DNA from: Tubulanus polymorphus
Lineage: Eukaryota > Animalia > Nemertea
Reading direction: 5' to 3'
Assembly: GCF_964204645.1 (NCBI RefSeq)
Contig: NC_134032.1
Span: 4,984,175 to 5,048,174, forward strand
DNA length: 64,000 nucleotides
Shown: positions 11,933 to 23,685 of the stretch, piece after piece
Layout: each line of letters starts with the position of its first letter
How positions within the stretch are numbered: position 1 is the first letter of the stretch
Program-made: the position numbers and the translations under genes
The notes under the pieces: generated by a model
Databases searched by the model: none
Told to the model about the DNA's origin: nothing
The model's input: the letters and a program-made list of their open reading frames with translations, nothing else

Positions 11933-14900
11933 ATGGAGAATGAACAACAGCCAGAAAACAATAATGTCAATAAAAATCAATATTATTGCCCATATTGTAA
12001 CAAATACATCGATAAATCACAAAAATCACGACATGAAAAAACTGCAAATCATATAAAAAATGTAATAGATTTTGAAACTCCAGAAAATTCCAATGAAAGA
12101 AAAGAACGATTAGAAAATATGAATGTGGATGAAATAAAATGTGAAGTTTGTAATGAATTTATAACAAAAAGGAATTATAAAAGACATCTCAAATCACAAA
12201 AACACCACCAAAATTTGAGTAATAATGTTTTAGGAAAAGATTATTTCGATGATAAACCTCAAAAAGTAAAAAAAAACAACTTCAAAAACTAAATCCATTT
12301 CAAATAAACCTTACATGGAAAATGTTAGAAATTATATTGATTCACTAGAAATAAAAGATAAAATTGAAATTTTAGAAACATTACGTAGTAAAATTGGTCC
12401 TGCAGCTATTATATTTAGATTTTTTAAAGGAATAACAATAGAAGATTATAGTAAATTTAATGAAATAATAGAAAAAATACTAGATTTGATAACAGATGTT
12501 GAATATCCAAAAATTAGTATCTCTGGGAAAGTAAGTTTTATAAAGTCAGAAGAAAAAATGGATTATAATATTCAAACACTCTCCGAAGAAATAATTTCAA
12601 AAAACGCAAATAAGAGAAATTAGAAAAAATATTTAATGAATTTAAACGTCATATTGAAGAAAGATATTTTGAGGGTTCTGGCTTAACATTGAATGAAATT
12701 ATATATTTAGATTTATATGTTTATAATACAAAAAGAAATAAAACATCAAAAAGTAATAAAATGTTTAAAAAAGATTCAAACTTTACAACAGAAAAGGATA
12801 TTAAAGCATCATCTTATATTAAATTACCATTTACAACAAAAGCCGTAATAAATATTCAAAATGAAGATAATAAATGTTTTCTATGGTCAATTATTAGTTG
12901 CTTACATCCAACACAGGAAAATGTTTGTAGAATAACATATTACCGGAAATATGAAACATTATATAAAATTGATCAGTATCCAGTAACTATAAAAATGATA
13001 CCCAAAATAGAAAAAATTAATAATTTAAAAATAAATGTATTTGAATTAATGCAATTACCAAATACAAAAGGTGAAAATATTAAAGATTATACATTGGAAG
13101 CTTTATATTTAACAGAATATTATGATGATGAAAATGCTATAGATTTGTTATGTTACAAAAAAGATGAAAATGAACATTATATGTGGTTAAAACAAATTGA
13201 TTTATTCTTTAGAACATAAAGTGATCACCATAATAAAAATTTATCTATGTAGAAAATGTTTATCTAAATTTATGACTGAGAATACATTATTAAAACATAA
13301 AGAATTATGTGATAATAAAGATTTTTGTAAATTAATAATGCCAACAGAAAAAGATTATAAATTGAAATTTACTAATCATAAATTTAAGAATATTGTTCCA
13401 TTTGTAATTTATGGGGATTTTGAATCGTTGAATAAATAATTAACTGATCAAGATAGAAAAGAAATATATAACAAAAAGCAATTATTAAAATCAATGGATA
13501 AAGGAAATGAATTAAATGAAGACACAATACAAGACCCACCAATTATAAATACAATTAAAAAATCTCATCAAAGAGCTGCTGCTTGTGGAATTTACATAAA
13601 ATCAAATTATCCTGAATTATATGAAAGTCAATATATTTCTTTTAGAGGTGAAGATGTAGTTAATAATTTTTGTAACAAAATAATTGAATTAGAAAGTGAT
13701 TTTGCAGAATTATTAAACAAAAATAAAAGAATAGTTATGACAAAAGAAGATGAAATTGATTTTAATTATGCAACTCATTGTTGTTATTGTGAAAAACGTT
13801 TTTATTCATTTGATAAAAAAGTTAGAGATCATGATCATTTAAATTCAAAATATCGTGGAGCTGCTCAAGAAGATTGTAATTTACAAGCTAAAAACGTTAA
13901 TTTCGTTCCAATATTATTTCATAATTTATCAGGTTATGATACCCATCTATTTATAAAACAATTATCGGGAAAATTGGGCGCAATTAATCAAGAAATAGAA
14001 GAATATAATGCTATGAATGGCGTAAATGTAAGAAAATATGATTTTAAACTATTAGCTAAGACATCTGAAAATTATATTTCATTTCAATTTGGTTGCATTA
14101 CATTTTTAGATTCTTATAGATTTCTAGCAAGTTCATTAGATAATTTAGCAAAAAGTTTAGTTGATAATGATTTTGTTATAACTCGATATTATTATCCAAA
14201 TGAACAAGATTTTAAATTATTGAGATATAAAGGCGCAATACCTTACTCATTTTATAAAACGCATGATGATTTCAAAGAAACAAAATTAATGAAAGAACAA
14301 TTTTATGATCAATTAAAAAATGAGTACGTGAAAGATGAAGTTTTTGAAAGAACAATTAATATATGGAATCATTTTAGAATAAAAACCATGGTAAATTAGT
14401 AGATTTATATTTAAAATCTGATGTAATAATATTTGCTGACATATTTGAAAAATTTAGAGAAGTCAATTTGAATCATTTTAATGTTGATCCCTGCTATTGT
14501 TATTCATCACCAGGTTTAACATGGCAATGTGGTTTGAAATTTACAGATATAAAAATGGATTTGTTAACAAATATAGATATGGTATTATTGTTTGAAAAAT
14601 CTATTAGAGGTGGGATTAGTGGTGTTATGGGAGATAGATATTTTAAAGCAAATGATGAATATAAATTATTATATATTGACGCCAATAATTTGTATGGTTG
14701 GGCAATGATGCAACCTCAACCATTCAAAAATTTTATATTAACAGAAGTTGAAAATGGTGATAAACCTGATTGGGAAAGCGCAATTGCGAGTTTAAAAGAT
14801 GAAGCACCAATTGGTTATTTCTTTGTAGTTGATTTAGAATATCCTGAAAATATGAAGTTTAAAACAAGAAACTTACCTTATTGCCCAGAACATTTAGTCG

Positions 14901-16977
14901 TAGATGATAGTTATTTAACTGAATACCAGAAGAAAATAAAACCAAAAGATCATGTTTTTACAGAAAAATTAATACTTACTCAAAATAATAAATACAATTA
15001 TATTGTTCATTATAGAATGTTAAAATTTTATCTAAAACAAGGAATGAAATTAAAGAAAGTACATAGATATATTGAATTTAATCAATCGAAGTGGTTAGAA
15101 AAACATATAGATTTTGATACTCAACAGAGAACCATATCTAAAACAGATTTTGAAACAGATTCTTCAAATTAATGAATAATAGTTTTTATGGTAAAACATG
15201 TGAAAATATTAGAAATAGAAATGATATTGAATTAGTAAATAATTCTGAAAGATTAAGACATTTACAATCAAGTCCTAGACATTTAGGAAATAAAAGATTT
15301 GAAGATTATTTAACCGCGGTAAAATTAAAAAGAACGTCAATGAAATTTAATAAACCTATATTCATTTGTTCAACTGTTTTAGACGTATCAAAATTATTAA
15401 TGTATGATTTTTATTATAATGTTTTACAACCACTTTTTGGGGAATAGCATGTTGAAATATTATATTTTGATTCTGTAACAGCTGACACCCCAATATTATT
15501 AAAATGTAATGATAAAATATTGATAAGAAGAATTTCAGAAATAATTCCAAAACAAAATGAACTTTATATTTCATATGGTGAAAAAGAATTAATACAAATA
15601 AATGGTTTAATGGATGTTTGGACAAGAAATGGATGGAAAAAATTAAAGAATATTATTAGGCATAAAACAAATAAGAAAATCTATAGAGACTGAACTAAAT
15701 TAGGGTTTGTAGATGTTACAGAAGATCATAGTTTAATTAAACGAAATGGCAATGAAATGAAACCAACTCATATAAAAATTGGAGATGAATTATTACATAA
15801 AAGATTTTTCCAAAGAATGAAAAATATGTCATTCGATGAAATTATTAATTATATTTATAATATAGAACCTGAAACATTAGAAGAAAAAGAATATTTTATC
15901 AAAGGATTTTTCATGGGTGTGTATAAATATGTTAATCGCACTCAATATCGTTGGTATTTATGCAATCAAGATTTGAAATTATTAGAAAGAATAAAGAAAT
16001 TCTGCGAAGAAGTTTATTCACATAAAACATTTAGAATCGTGGATCATATGAAATCATCCGCGGTTTATAGAATATTTGTAAATAATCCTAAAGATTTTGC
16101 TACAAAATATAATGATGAATTCTATATTCATGCAATAGTTAAAAGTAATACTTCAACTAAAGAAAAGATAGTTCCAGATTATGTATTAAATGCAAAAAAT
16201 AATTTAAGAAAATGGTTCTTCATTGGATTCTATGCTGCAGATGGTTCAAAAAGTTTCAAAAACCACAAAACAATATCTTAACCTCAAAAAGGAAAAGTTG
16301 CTATATCAGGGTTAAATATATTATGTAATTCATTAGGCTTCAATATGAATATTGGATTGATTAAATCTAAACCAAATTGCTTTAATTTAAACCATGTAGA
16401 AAATGAGTTAACAGAAGAAGTTAAAGATTTATTTGAAATATATAACCCAACGGATTATGTTTACGATTTATTAACTGAAGATGGTACATTTAACTGTGGA
16501 TTTCCATTAATTGCGTTCAATACTGACAGTTACATACTAAAAATCAAGACAAATGACATAACAAAAGACTTAAAAACATTAAAACATCATTTTGATTTTA
16601 GCAATTATCCCAAAGATCATGAACTATTTAGCAATGATAATAAAAAGATTCCTGGTAAATTTTAAGATGAATTAGGGGGTGATGAAATGATTGAATTTGT
16701 TGGGATAAGAAGTAAAATGTATAGTTACAGAACAAAAGATCATGAAGCTAAAAAGTTAAAAGGAATAACAAAACATGTGGTTGATAAACATATAGAATTT
16801 CAAGATTATATAAAGTGTTTATACAACTCAATTGTAATGAAACACAAAATGAATTGTTTAAGATCAGAAGATCACGAGATGTACATTAATGAAGTTCAAA
16901 AAACTAGTTTGAATCCATTTGATGATAAAAGGCATATTTTAGATGATGGTATAAAAACATTACCTAATGGTTATTAA
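11933..16977 (+). pseudogene. polB: Protein-primed DNA polymerase B with intein, fragmented
   Basis: N-terminal zinc fingers; OTU-like NEDNKCFLW...EHYMWLK; exonuclease VIYGDFES and FHNLSGYD; EndoVII/HNH insert VRDHDHL...RGAA..CNL; polymerase motifs YIDANNLYGWAM, MNNSFYGK and YFD|TDS. Many stops and frameshifts. Confidence 0.95.
15472..16521 (+). mobile_element. Intein with LAGLIDADG homing-endonuclease domain at the pol-c site of pPolB (350 codons, two internal stops)
   Basis: In-frame 1050-nt insertion between YFD and TDS that is absent from copy C. Block A SVTADTPILL, block B VDVTEDHSL, EN motifs YFIKGFFMGV and WFFIGFYAADGS, block F YVYDLLTEDGTF, block G IAFN, +1 Thr. Confidence 0.95.
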
Positions 16978-18299
16978 ATTATAAAATCAATATCATCAAA
17001 CTCGAAATCACTATTGGTTTCTTCTTTTTCATTTAATTGTTCTTGTATAATTTGTTTAGGTTCTTCCATTTCATTTTTCTCATTTAAATAACGTGTTATA
17101 TTGTGCCACATTTCATCTCGCTCTCTTTGTTTCTTTTTGTTTGTTAATTCATCAAATGGAATTATAATATCGATGTTTAAATAATTTACAATCTTATTTA
17201 AAAAGAATTCATAATTAATTGAATCTGTTATTCTATTTTCTAAATAATACATTAATATTTGTTTGAATGTTTTTTTTTATATTTTCTATATCTTCTTCTG
17301 TTAATTTAGGTTTTTCATAATAATCGTTAAATAATAAATATAAATACATTTTTTTTTCTTGTGTGTTAAATGTTGATGGAATAATTGTTTTTATAATATC
17401 TTTTTTAGTTATTTCACCATTTTTATTTTCTATTATTTTCATTTTTTCAAGCCATTGCATATATTCTGGTGTATGATCTATAGAAAATATTTTAAAAATT
17501 TAATCTAGATAATTTAATTTTGGTTCTATGAGAAAATCTCTAGTTTTTTCTTCACCTCATAAATTCCTTTACCATCCACATTCATTACAAAATAACACAG
17601 TACCTTCTTGTCTTAAGGTCGCATAACTACATCGTGGGCATTTTGTTTATAATTTATTGGTAATAGATCTTCATTAAGCTCTTGGTATTTTCTTACGTTT
17701 TCTTTATGTTTTATTGTTCTATTATGTAGATTTGAATTACTTGTTGTAATAATCAATTTACAATATTTACAATAATATGTTTTTCTTGTTAATTCATTAT
17801 ATTGTTTTTCTAACTTTTCAACTGTTTCTTTATTATCTGGTAACGTTTTCTCATATTTTATTTTTTCTAATAAACTATTTTTTCTTTCATTGAATTCTGC
17901 TTCAAATTTATTAGAAATTTTATCTATATGTACTTTACGAAATTGATGATTCTCCCAATCTTCTATATTTTCAGGGCTATATTTCATTCGACAAGGCTCA
18001 CAGAAATGATCTTTTATATTATCCTTATCATAGAATAAGAAAGGTCTTTTCCAAATAATTTCAGGTTCAACTTCAACAGAATTACTATTACTTTCGTTAC
18101 TATCAACATTAGCCGTTGCACCATTAATTTTACACTTCTCTGAATGTTTTTTAAAATAATTTCTTGAGAATAATTTATTACATTTTGGGCAGTTTATTTT
18201 AGGAAGTTTATAATTTTCATCATGTTTTTTCATATGTCGAGCCATATTACTTTTTCTTAGAAGTTCACCACAAATTTCGCATGGTATCTTCTCATCCAT
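16974..18299 (-). pseudogene. Multi-zinc-finger protein convergent with pPolB; probably one broken gene (17613-18299, 17233-17460, 16974-17252)
   Basis: CEIC..H..H, CPKC..H..C, CEPC..H..H, CKYC..H..H; TAAATG start; absent from copy C. Confidence 0.65.
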
Positions 18300-18367
18300 T
18301 TATTTAGGAAAGATTTTATTAAAATTAAATTTTAGTGATGAGCGGTAATTTTTTTATGTTATAAATA

Positions 18368-19146
18368 ATGGTAGAAATAAAAGAATACAGAAGATTTGTT
18401 GATTCTAGAAAACTTTTAAATTATAAATCACATAATTTACTAATACAATTAGATAGAGAATTTAAGAATTGTGTTGATTTAAAATTATTAAATATAAATT
18501 TATGTAACTCATTTTACAATATATCGGATAAAAGTCTAGAACATTTAATTTTTTCAATCTTTTACAAAAAAAGGAATAAATGGTTTTTATATATTTAAAA
18601 CCAGGATTATATAATTTAGATACATTAGCACAAGAAATTAATAGAAAAGCTCGAGCTTAATTAGGAAGTTAGGATTCCGGATTTAGTATTAGATTTTCAA
18701 AAAGTGATATTTATAATAAAATAAAGATTAGGTTGGCTCATGAAGAACAATTTAAATTTACAGTAAGAAAACCTCTAGCTTAACTGTTAGGAATTAACCC
18801 AGATATTGTTACAGTAAACGCAGAAGGTAGATCAAATTTAATGCCTTTAACACACTTTTATATTTATTGCAATTTAATTGATCCTACAAAAACATTTAAA
18901 GCAACTAAAGATACAACATGTATTTCTAGTATACTAAAAATTTTACCATTAAAAAATGTTAAAAAATTTGGGACGCAAATAAATTATAATTTAACAGAAT
19001 GTGATTTTAAACCTTGCATTCCACATTTCAATAATTTCAAAATAGAAATAAGAAATCATAATGGTTATTTAATTGATTTAAATAACTTTCCTGTGATATA
19101 TGAATTAGTTATGAGATGTAGAGTAATTTTTTCAGTATATAAATGA
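18368..19146 (+). pseudogene. Minor capsid protein (penton), disrupted
   Basis: FVDSRK, NSFYNI, KPGLYNL, YIYCNLI, IRNHNGYLIDLN resemble the Polinton penton pattern. Confidence 0.72.
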
Positions 19147-19501
19147 ATATAACTGTTGGACCGAGTATATGTTTTGGATTTGATTTTAAACGTGAGAAAG
19201 AAATGAAATTTAACATTACTGATGTATTATTATACATATTAAAAATATTGCATTTTCTAATGAAACAACATTTGAGTATGAAACAACAATAGATAAAGAA
19301 ACTTTAAATGTAGAAAAGATTACTAATTTAATTAGAGAATCTTTAAGATTTTATGAATTAGATGAAGATTTTATTATAGATGATATTAAAAAAATAATAA
19401 TTGAAATATATACAAATGAAACTAGTAATGAAATAAATGTTGAAATAATCATCACTAAGATAACTAAATATTTTAAAGATGTTAATTTTTTTGATTAATA
19501 A

Positions 19502-19723
19502 ATGAGTGATAATAAGTGGATAATAACTGGATTATATAATGGAGCATTACTATCAGTTGGAACTGTTGGTTATTCAATGGTATTAAAAAAAGTATTTAAA
19601 ATGGGAAGTGTTAATGTTGATAGATTTGATATAAATGATATTTTAAAATTAACATTAGCAGTTACTTTATCTAATTTAACTATTGATTATTTGGAAAAAC
19701 AAAAATATATTCCTCCCATATAA
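19502..19723 (+). CDS. Small hydrophobic Polinton protein, 73 aa
   Basis: TAAATG start; conserved in copy C (54871-55091). Confidence 0.65.
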   Translation: MSDNKWIITGLYNGALLSVGTVGYSMVLKKVFKMGSVNVDRFDINDILKLTLAVTLSNLTIDYLEKQKYIPPI

Positions 19724-19748
19724 ATACATAATTATTTTGCTAAATAAA

Positions 19749-20171
19749 ATGGCTTCTGCAGTTATAACTATTATAGGATCGGCAATTGTTAACGCTTTAG
19801 CATTTACTGGTGGTGGTTATTTATTTAAGCATATTGATAAAAATGGATCATTAACAGAACAAAAAAGACATAACTTAGCATTAGAGAAATATAATAAAGC
19901 AGCAGAAGAATATAGAGAAAAGAGACAAAACTATATGGATTATATTAACAAAGAATTATATGATCAGAAGATTTCACATAGAGATTTTCAATCAGTTGAT
20001 GATGCAATGAGTTATTATAACGCGGTAACCAATGAAGAAAAATTACATCTACATAAACCTACAATATCAGATTATTATACCCCAAGTAATGAACAGAAGA
20101 AATATGAAATAATATGGATTTTAGGTGGAACAGTTATTGTTATATTTGTAGCGTATAGATTTACTAATTAG
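19749..20171 (+). CDS. Polinton membrane-anchored protein (MASAVITIIGSA...)
   Basis: Hydrophobic N- and C-termini; conserved at 55116-55514 and in copy D. Confidence 0.7.
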   Translation: MASAVITIIGSAIVNALAFTGGGYLFKHIDKNGSLTEQKRHNLALEKYNKAAEEYREKRQNYMDYINKELYDQKISHRDFQSVDDAMSYYNAVTNEEKLHLHKPTISDYYTPSNEQKKYEIIWILGGTVIVIFVAYRFTN

Positions 20172-20190
20172 TAACTTTTTTGACAAATAA

Positions 20191-20614
20191 ATGGATGATA
20201 ATATTGATATTATTCCTCATGATATAAATAAAACTAAATTAAAAACATATTTAGAAAAACAAATATTAGAATTTGAAAGAGACTTAAAGATAAAAAAGAA
20301 AAAATATTTAAAAAGTAAAATTATATATTATTTGATTATAAGTGGTTCGGTTATAATTAGTTCTGTAATAACATTTCTAGCAATATTCAGTCCATTAACA
20401 CCTTTAGCTATATCAATTGGTGTGTTAGGATTATCATCGAGTGTTTTAACCGGCATAAGTTAAAATTAAATATAAAAAGTAATAAAGAAAAAATTAAAAC
20501 TAATATAAAAGAAATTAATAAATTAAAAAATTCACTAGATTATATAATAAGTTGAAATGGTCATATAACAGTTGAAGAACAAGATATATTATTAAAAGAA
20601 TTAATAAATTATTA
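20191..20614 (+). pseudogene. Polinton two-transmembrane protein, disrupted
   Basis: Two hydrophobic helices; homolog at 55535-55960. Confidence 0.6.
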
Positions 20615-20631
20615 ATTTTTTAATTATATAA

Positions 20632-21915
20632 ATGGTAGATAGTTTTCCAAAAGCTTTCCAATATAATAAATCAATTAAATATAATATTCCTGCAATAGAT
20701 TTTAATAAAGATATTTCATATAGAAATGAAGTTTTAAATTCATTTATTGATTTATATATTTATGTTACTGAAAGTAATAATTTTCATGTAAAGATGGAAA
20801 ATATATTTCATGTGTATACAATTAATTTTAAAAATTTAAATGAGGCAAAACAATGGTTAGTAAAATCTAATATGAAGTATTGGCAGAACCAATTAAATTT
20901 TGCTGTTTATTGCGCAACAACAGGATGTGGAATAAGTTGGAATGATCATTTAAACAAACCAAGTTTACCATTGATGTTATCACTCTTTAGATTTCATATT
21001 TATTTTCAAATAAAATTAATATTAGATGAATTAGAATGTCCTTTACCAGGTTCAAAATATCTTAAAGAACTAAATAATAATGTTAATCTTTCTAAGTTTT
21101 ATAAAATATGTAATGAATTTAATATTAATTCAAATAAAGATTTGAGAGCAAAAATTGGAACAATGGGTGGATTAGGAATATTATATACTAAAGAATTTGG
21201 AAAAATAATGACAAATTCAGATATAAGAACACTAAATTGGAATGAATTACAAAGAATAAATCAATCAATTAGAACTTATTTGATATGTATTTTAGGTGCG
21301 CAAGTTGAAACAAGATCCCCAACAGTTGGAAATGATAACACTTCATTTGATGCGCAGAAACAATTCAAAGTATTATTTGAAGATTCCATTCATAATGATA
21401 AAAATAGATCGATTCCAGAAAACATTGTAAGATATCAAAATTATTTAGATAAATCACATATCAGATTAAATTATTGTATAGGTCCTAATCTATTAATTAT
21501 TTCTAATGATTTAGTATTAAAGATGGGAAACATAATTGGTTACAATAATCTAATTAAAACTGCAACAATAAATAATTCATTTGGATTAAATGATATAAAT
21601 AAACAGATTATCACTGCTCCAAAATTAATGGAAGGTGAAAAAAATAAAAAACATATTCAATCAACTGAAACTAAAACTAAGAATATTAAATTGAATAATG
21701 ATTCTAAACCGGATTATAATACATCAGAAAATATTAAAACTGATAATATTCACCATGATATAATTAAACTAAATGATGGCAATAAATCCCATGAAAATGC
21801 TAAATTAGCTTTAACTTGTATAGGAATTGTAATCGGAGGAATATTATATTTTAATTTTTTTTATTATGTAAATGGCAGAAGGTTGAGAAGATTTTACAAT
21901 GGATCCTTTAGATGA
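20632..21915 (+). CDS. Conserved Polinton protein of unknown function (~400-430 aa)
   Basis: WQNQLNFAVYCATTGCG motif; near-identical to 55983-57137 but missing ~35 internal codons; exact 3' end uncertain. Confidence 0.7.
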   Translation: MVDSFPKAFQYNKSIKYNIPAIDFNKDISYRNEVLNSFIDLYIYVTESNNFHVKMENIFHVYTINFKNLNEAKQWLVKSNMKYWQNQLNFAVYCATTGCGISWNDHLNKPSLPLMLSLFRFHIYFQIKLILDELECPLPGSKYLKELNNNVNLSKFYKICNEFNINSNKDLRAKIGTMGGLGILYTKEFGKIMTNSDIRTLNWNELQRINQSIRTYLICILGAQVETRSPTVGNDNTSFDAQKQFKVLFEDSIHNDKNRSIPENIVRYQNYLDKSHIRLNYCIGPNLLIISNDLVLKMGNIIGYNNLIKTATINNSFGLNDINKQIITAPKLMEGEKNKKHIQSTETKTKNIKLNNDSKPDYNTSENIKTDNIHHDIIKLNDGNKSHENAKLALTCIGIVIGGILYFNFFYYVNGRRLRRFYNGSFR

Positions 21916-22217
21916 ACCTGGTATAAGTGATGAACAACCGCCTGATTTTGGTGAAACAAGTTATAGTAACGATAATAAAACAAAATTTAAATACTAATTT
22001 ACCAGAAGTTGTTCCTGGTTCTAAAGCCCCATCAACAGATGAATATATTAGAGGAGCTAAATCGAGAATAGATATTGAAAATCAACATCCAGAAATAACG
22101 TTAAAAGATAATAATGTTAAAAAGATCTGGTTTCAATATAACAAATAAAGGTATGAATTATTTAGTAAAAGATTTAAAATATTTAGATGGTGATTATTAT
22201 AGGAATTTGAAAGGTAA

Positions 22218-22380
22218 TTAGGGTTTTCTGTTACATCACAGAAAACCCTATTGATATCCGCGTGATTATTAGGGTTTTCTGTTACATCACAGAAAACCCT
22301 ATTGAGATTCGCGTGTTTCTTATTATTATTAGGGTTTTCTGTTATTTCACAGAAAACCCTATTGATATCCGCGTGATTAT
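22218..22380. repeat. Three copies of a palindromic unit at the breakpoint of copy B
   Basis: TAGGGTTTTCTGT-N6-ACAGAAAACCCTA at ~22219, ~22270, ~22330. Confidence 0.85.
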
Positions 22381-22939
22381 TATTATTATTATTTTCTTCC
22401 ACACTATTTTTACCAAAAGAACATAGGCTTTGTTACCTTACCGCTGTTTCATATACAATCCATATAATATCGTTCAGCACACTGAGATCTACAAATAGCC
22501 CGCGTGTTTTTTCACGAATCATCGTTACAAAAGCGCTGTCTGGCCGTAAACATCGAAAATTTAGCCCCATTCAATGGGGCGACATGTTTTTCGTGTCGTC
22601 ATCCCGAAATCAACCCGCAGGCCAACTGTCACTTCGATTATCAATTCAAGTATAAATGAACTAATTTATTGCCGCAGACTTCACATTCAGTCGCGGTCTT
22701 CAAACAGTGATTTTAACAATAGCCCATTTCCTCATCAAATCATATTACCGATACACTGGAAATTTACTACTTTAGATTTTAAAAGCACTGTCGAGCCGTA
22801 AACATCGACGAATCGACGTGTGTTACTACATCGTCGTTCCGGGGATCAGCTGCGAGTTTCTCCTCATCATGAGAATCAAATCGAGTACAAATTAATTTAT
22901 TACTACCAGTGATTTGGCTGCGGGTTTCAAGGAGTTAGT

Positions 22940-23685
22940 ATAACAATACCTATTTTTCTTTACCGAATTAACCGTGTATTTACTAAGATAAATCTTTAGT
23001 GTACCGGGGAATCGTAGGCCTAAAGTAAACACGCCGAAGAGATATAGCGGAGAAAAGCTGTTATGTCGACGAGGTATCAAAATAAAAGAATATATTACTT
23101 TATTCGGCCGCGGGCTTCAACCTCTATATCAATACTCTATATTTCCTACAGTACATACCGATCATTGTCAAATGCACAAGGTATTTACTAAATACAAGTA
23201 TATAACACACTCCTATCCGTATGCTGGACTCACGCTTGACATTCGGAGTAAGCGTTCGCTGTGGGGGAAAGGGATCGTTCGCTGTGTCGCTTGAAGTGTT
23301 TATCGAGTTTGACGCGGCTTTAGGCCTACCGGTACTGAGCTTTACTGTATCAAACAAACACAGTACAATTGTTGCGTTTATTAACGGACTCATTGGATTG
23401 AACTTCAAAAAAAAATTTACGATATTTAGGTGGGTTGTTATTCAATAGGCCTACGACCAATCTGTCCGGATGTTAGGCCTACATAGGCTAGTAGCCTTTA
23501 CTAGGTTAAGCGTTCGCTGTGGGAGAAAGGAGATCGTTCGCTGTGTCGCTTGAAGTGTTTATCGAGTACGCGACCTAAAGGCTTTAGTATGGTGGCTGAT
23601 AAGGGCCGTGCGTAAAAAAACACGTATATGCAAATGAGGGCGACATTATGAAAAAACGACAAAACTAAAATAACGCGACAAATCA
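22940..23685 (+). repeat. Interspersed repeat (unclassified non-autonomous element) preceding the satellite
   Basis: Copies at ~26725-27278 and ~29045-29595; internal duplication of AAGCGTTCGCTGTGGG...GTGTTTATCGAGT. Confidence 0.8.

Larger units (their letters stand above)
11855..22210 (+). mobile_element. Polinton/Maverick copy B, left half (3'-truncated)
   Basis: Begins AGTAATAGGAAAAGTAGGCTTTCAGATCAGAGGTCGA, a variant of the family terminus; followed by pPolB, penton and structural ORFs colinear with copy C; no right TIR found. Confidence 0.9.

Noticed and set aside
15472-16521. Insertion as an intron or DNA transposon
   Set aside because: No GT-AG ends, TIRs or TSD; it is in frame with complete intein blocks.
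11933-16977. Alternative genetic code or programmed recoding to explain the broken pPolB
   Set aside because: All three stop types and frameshifts occur, at different positions in copies B and C, which fits neutral decay.
22420-22425. AACATA matching the 6 bp before the left end of copy B (11849-11854) as a TSD
   Set aside because: It is not preceded by a right TIR (...TATTACT); a 6-bp AT-rich match is expected by chance.
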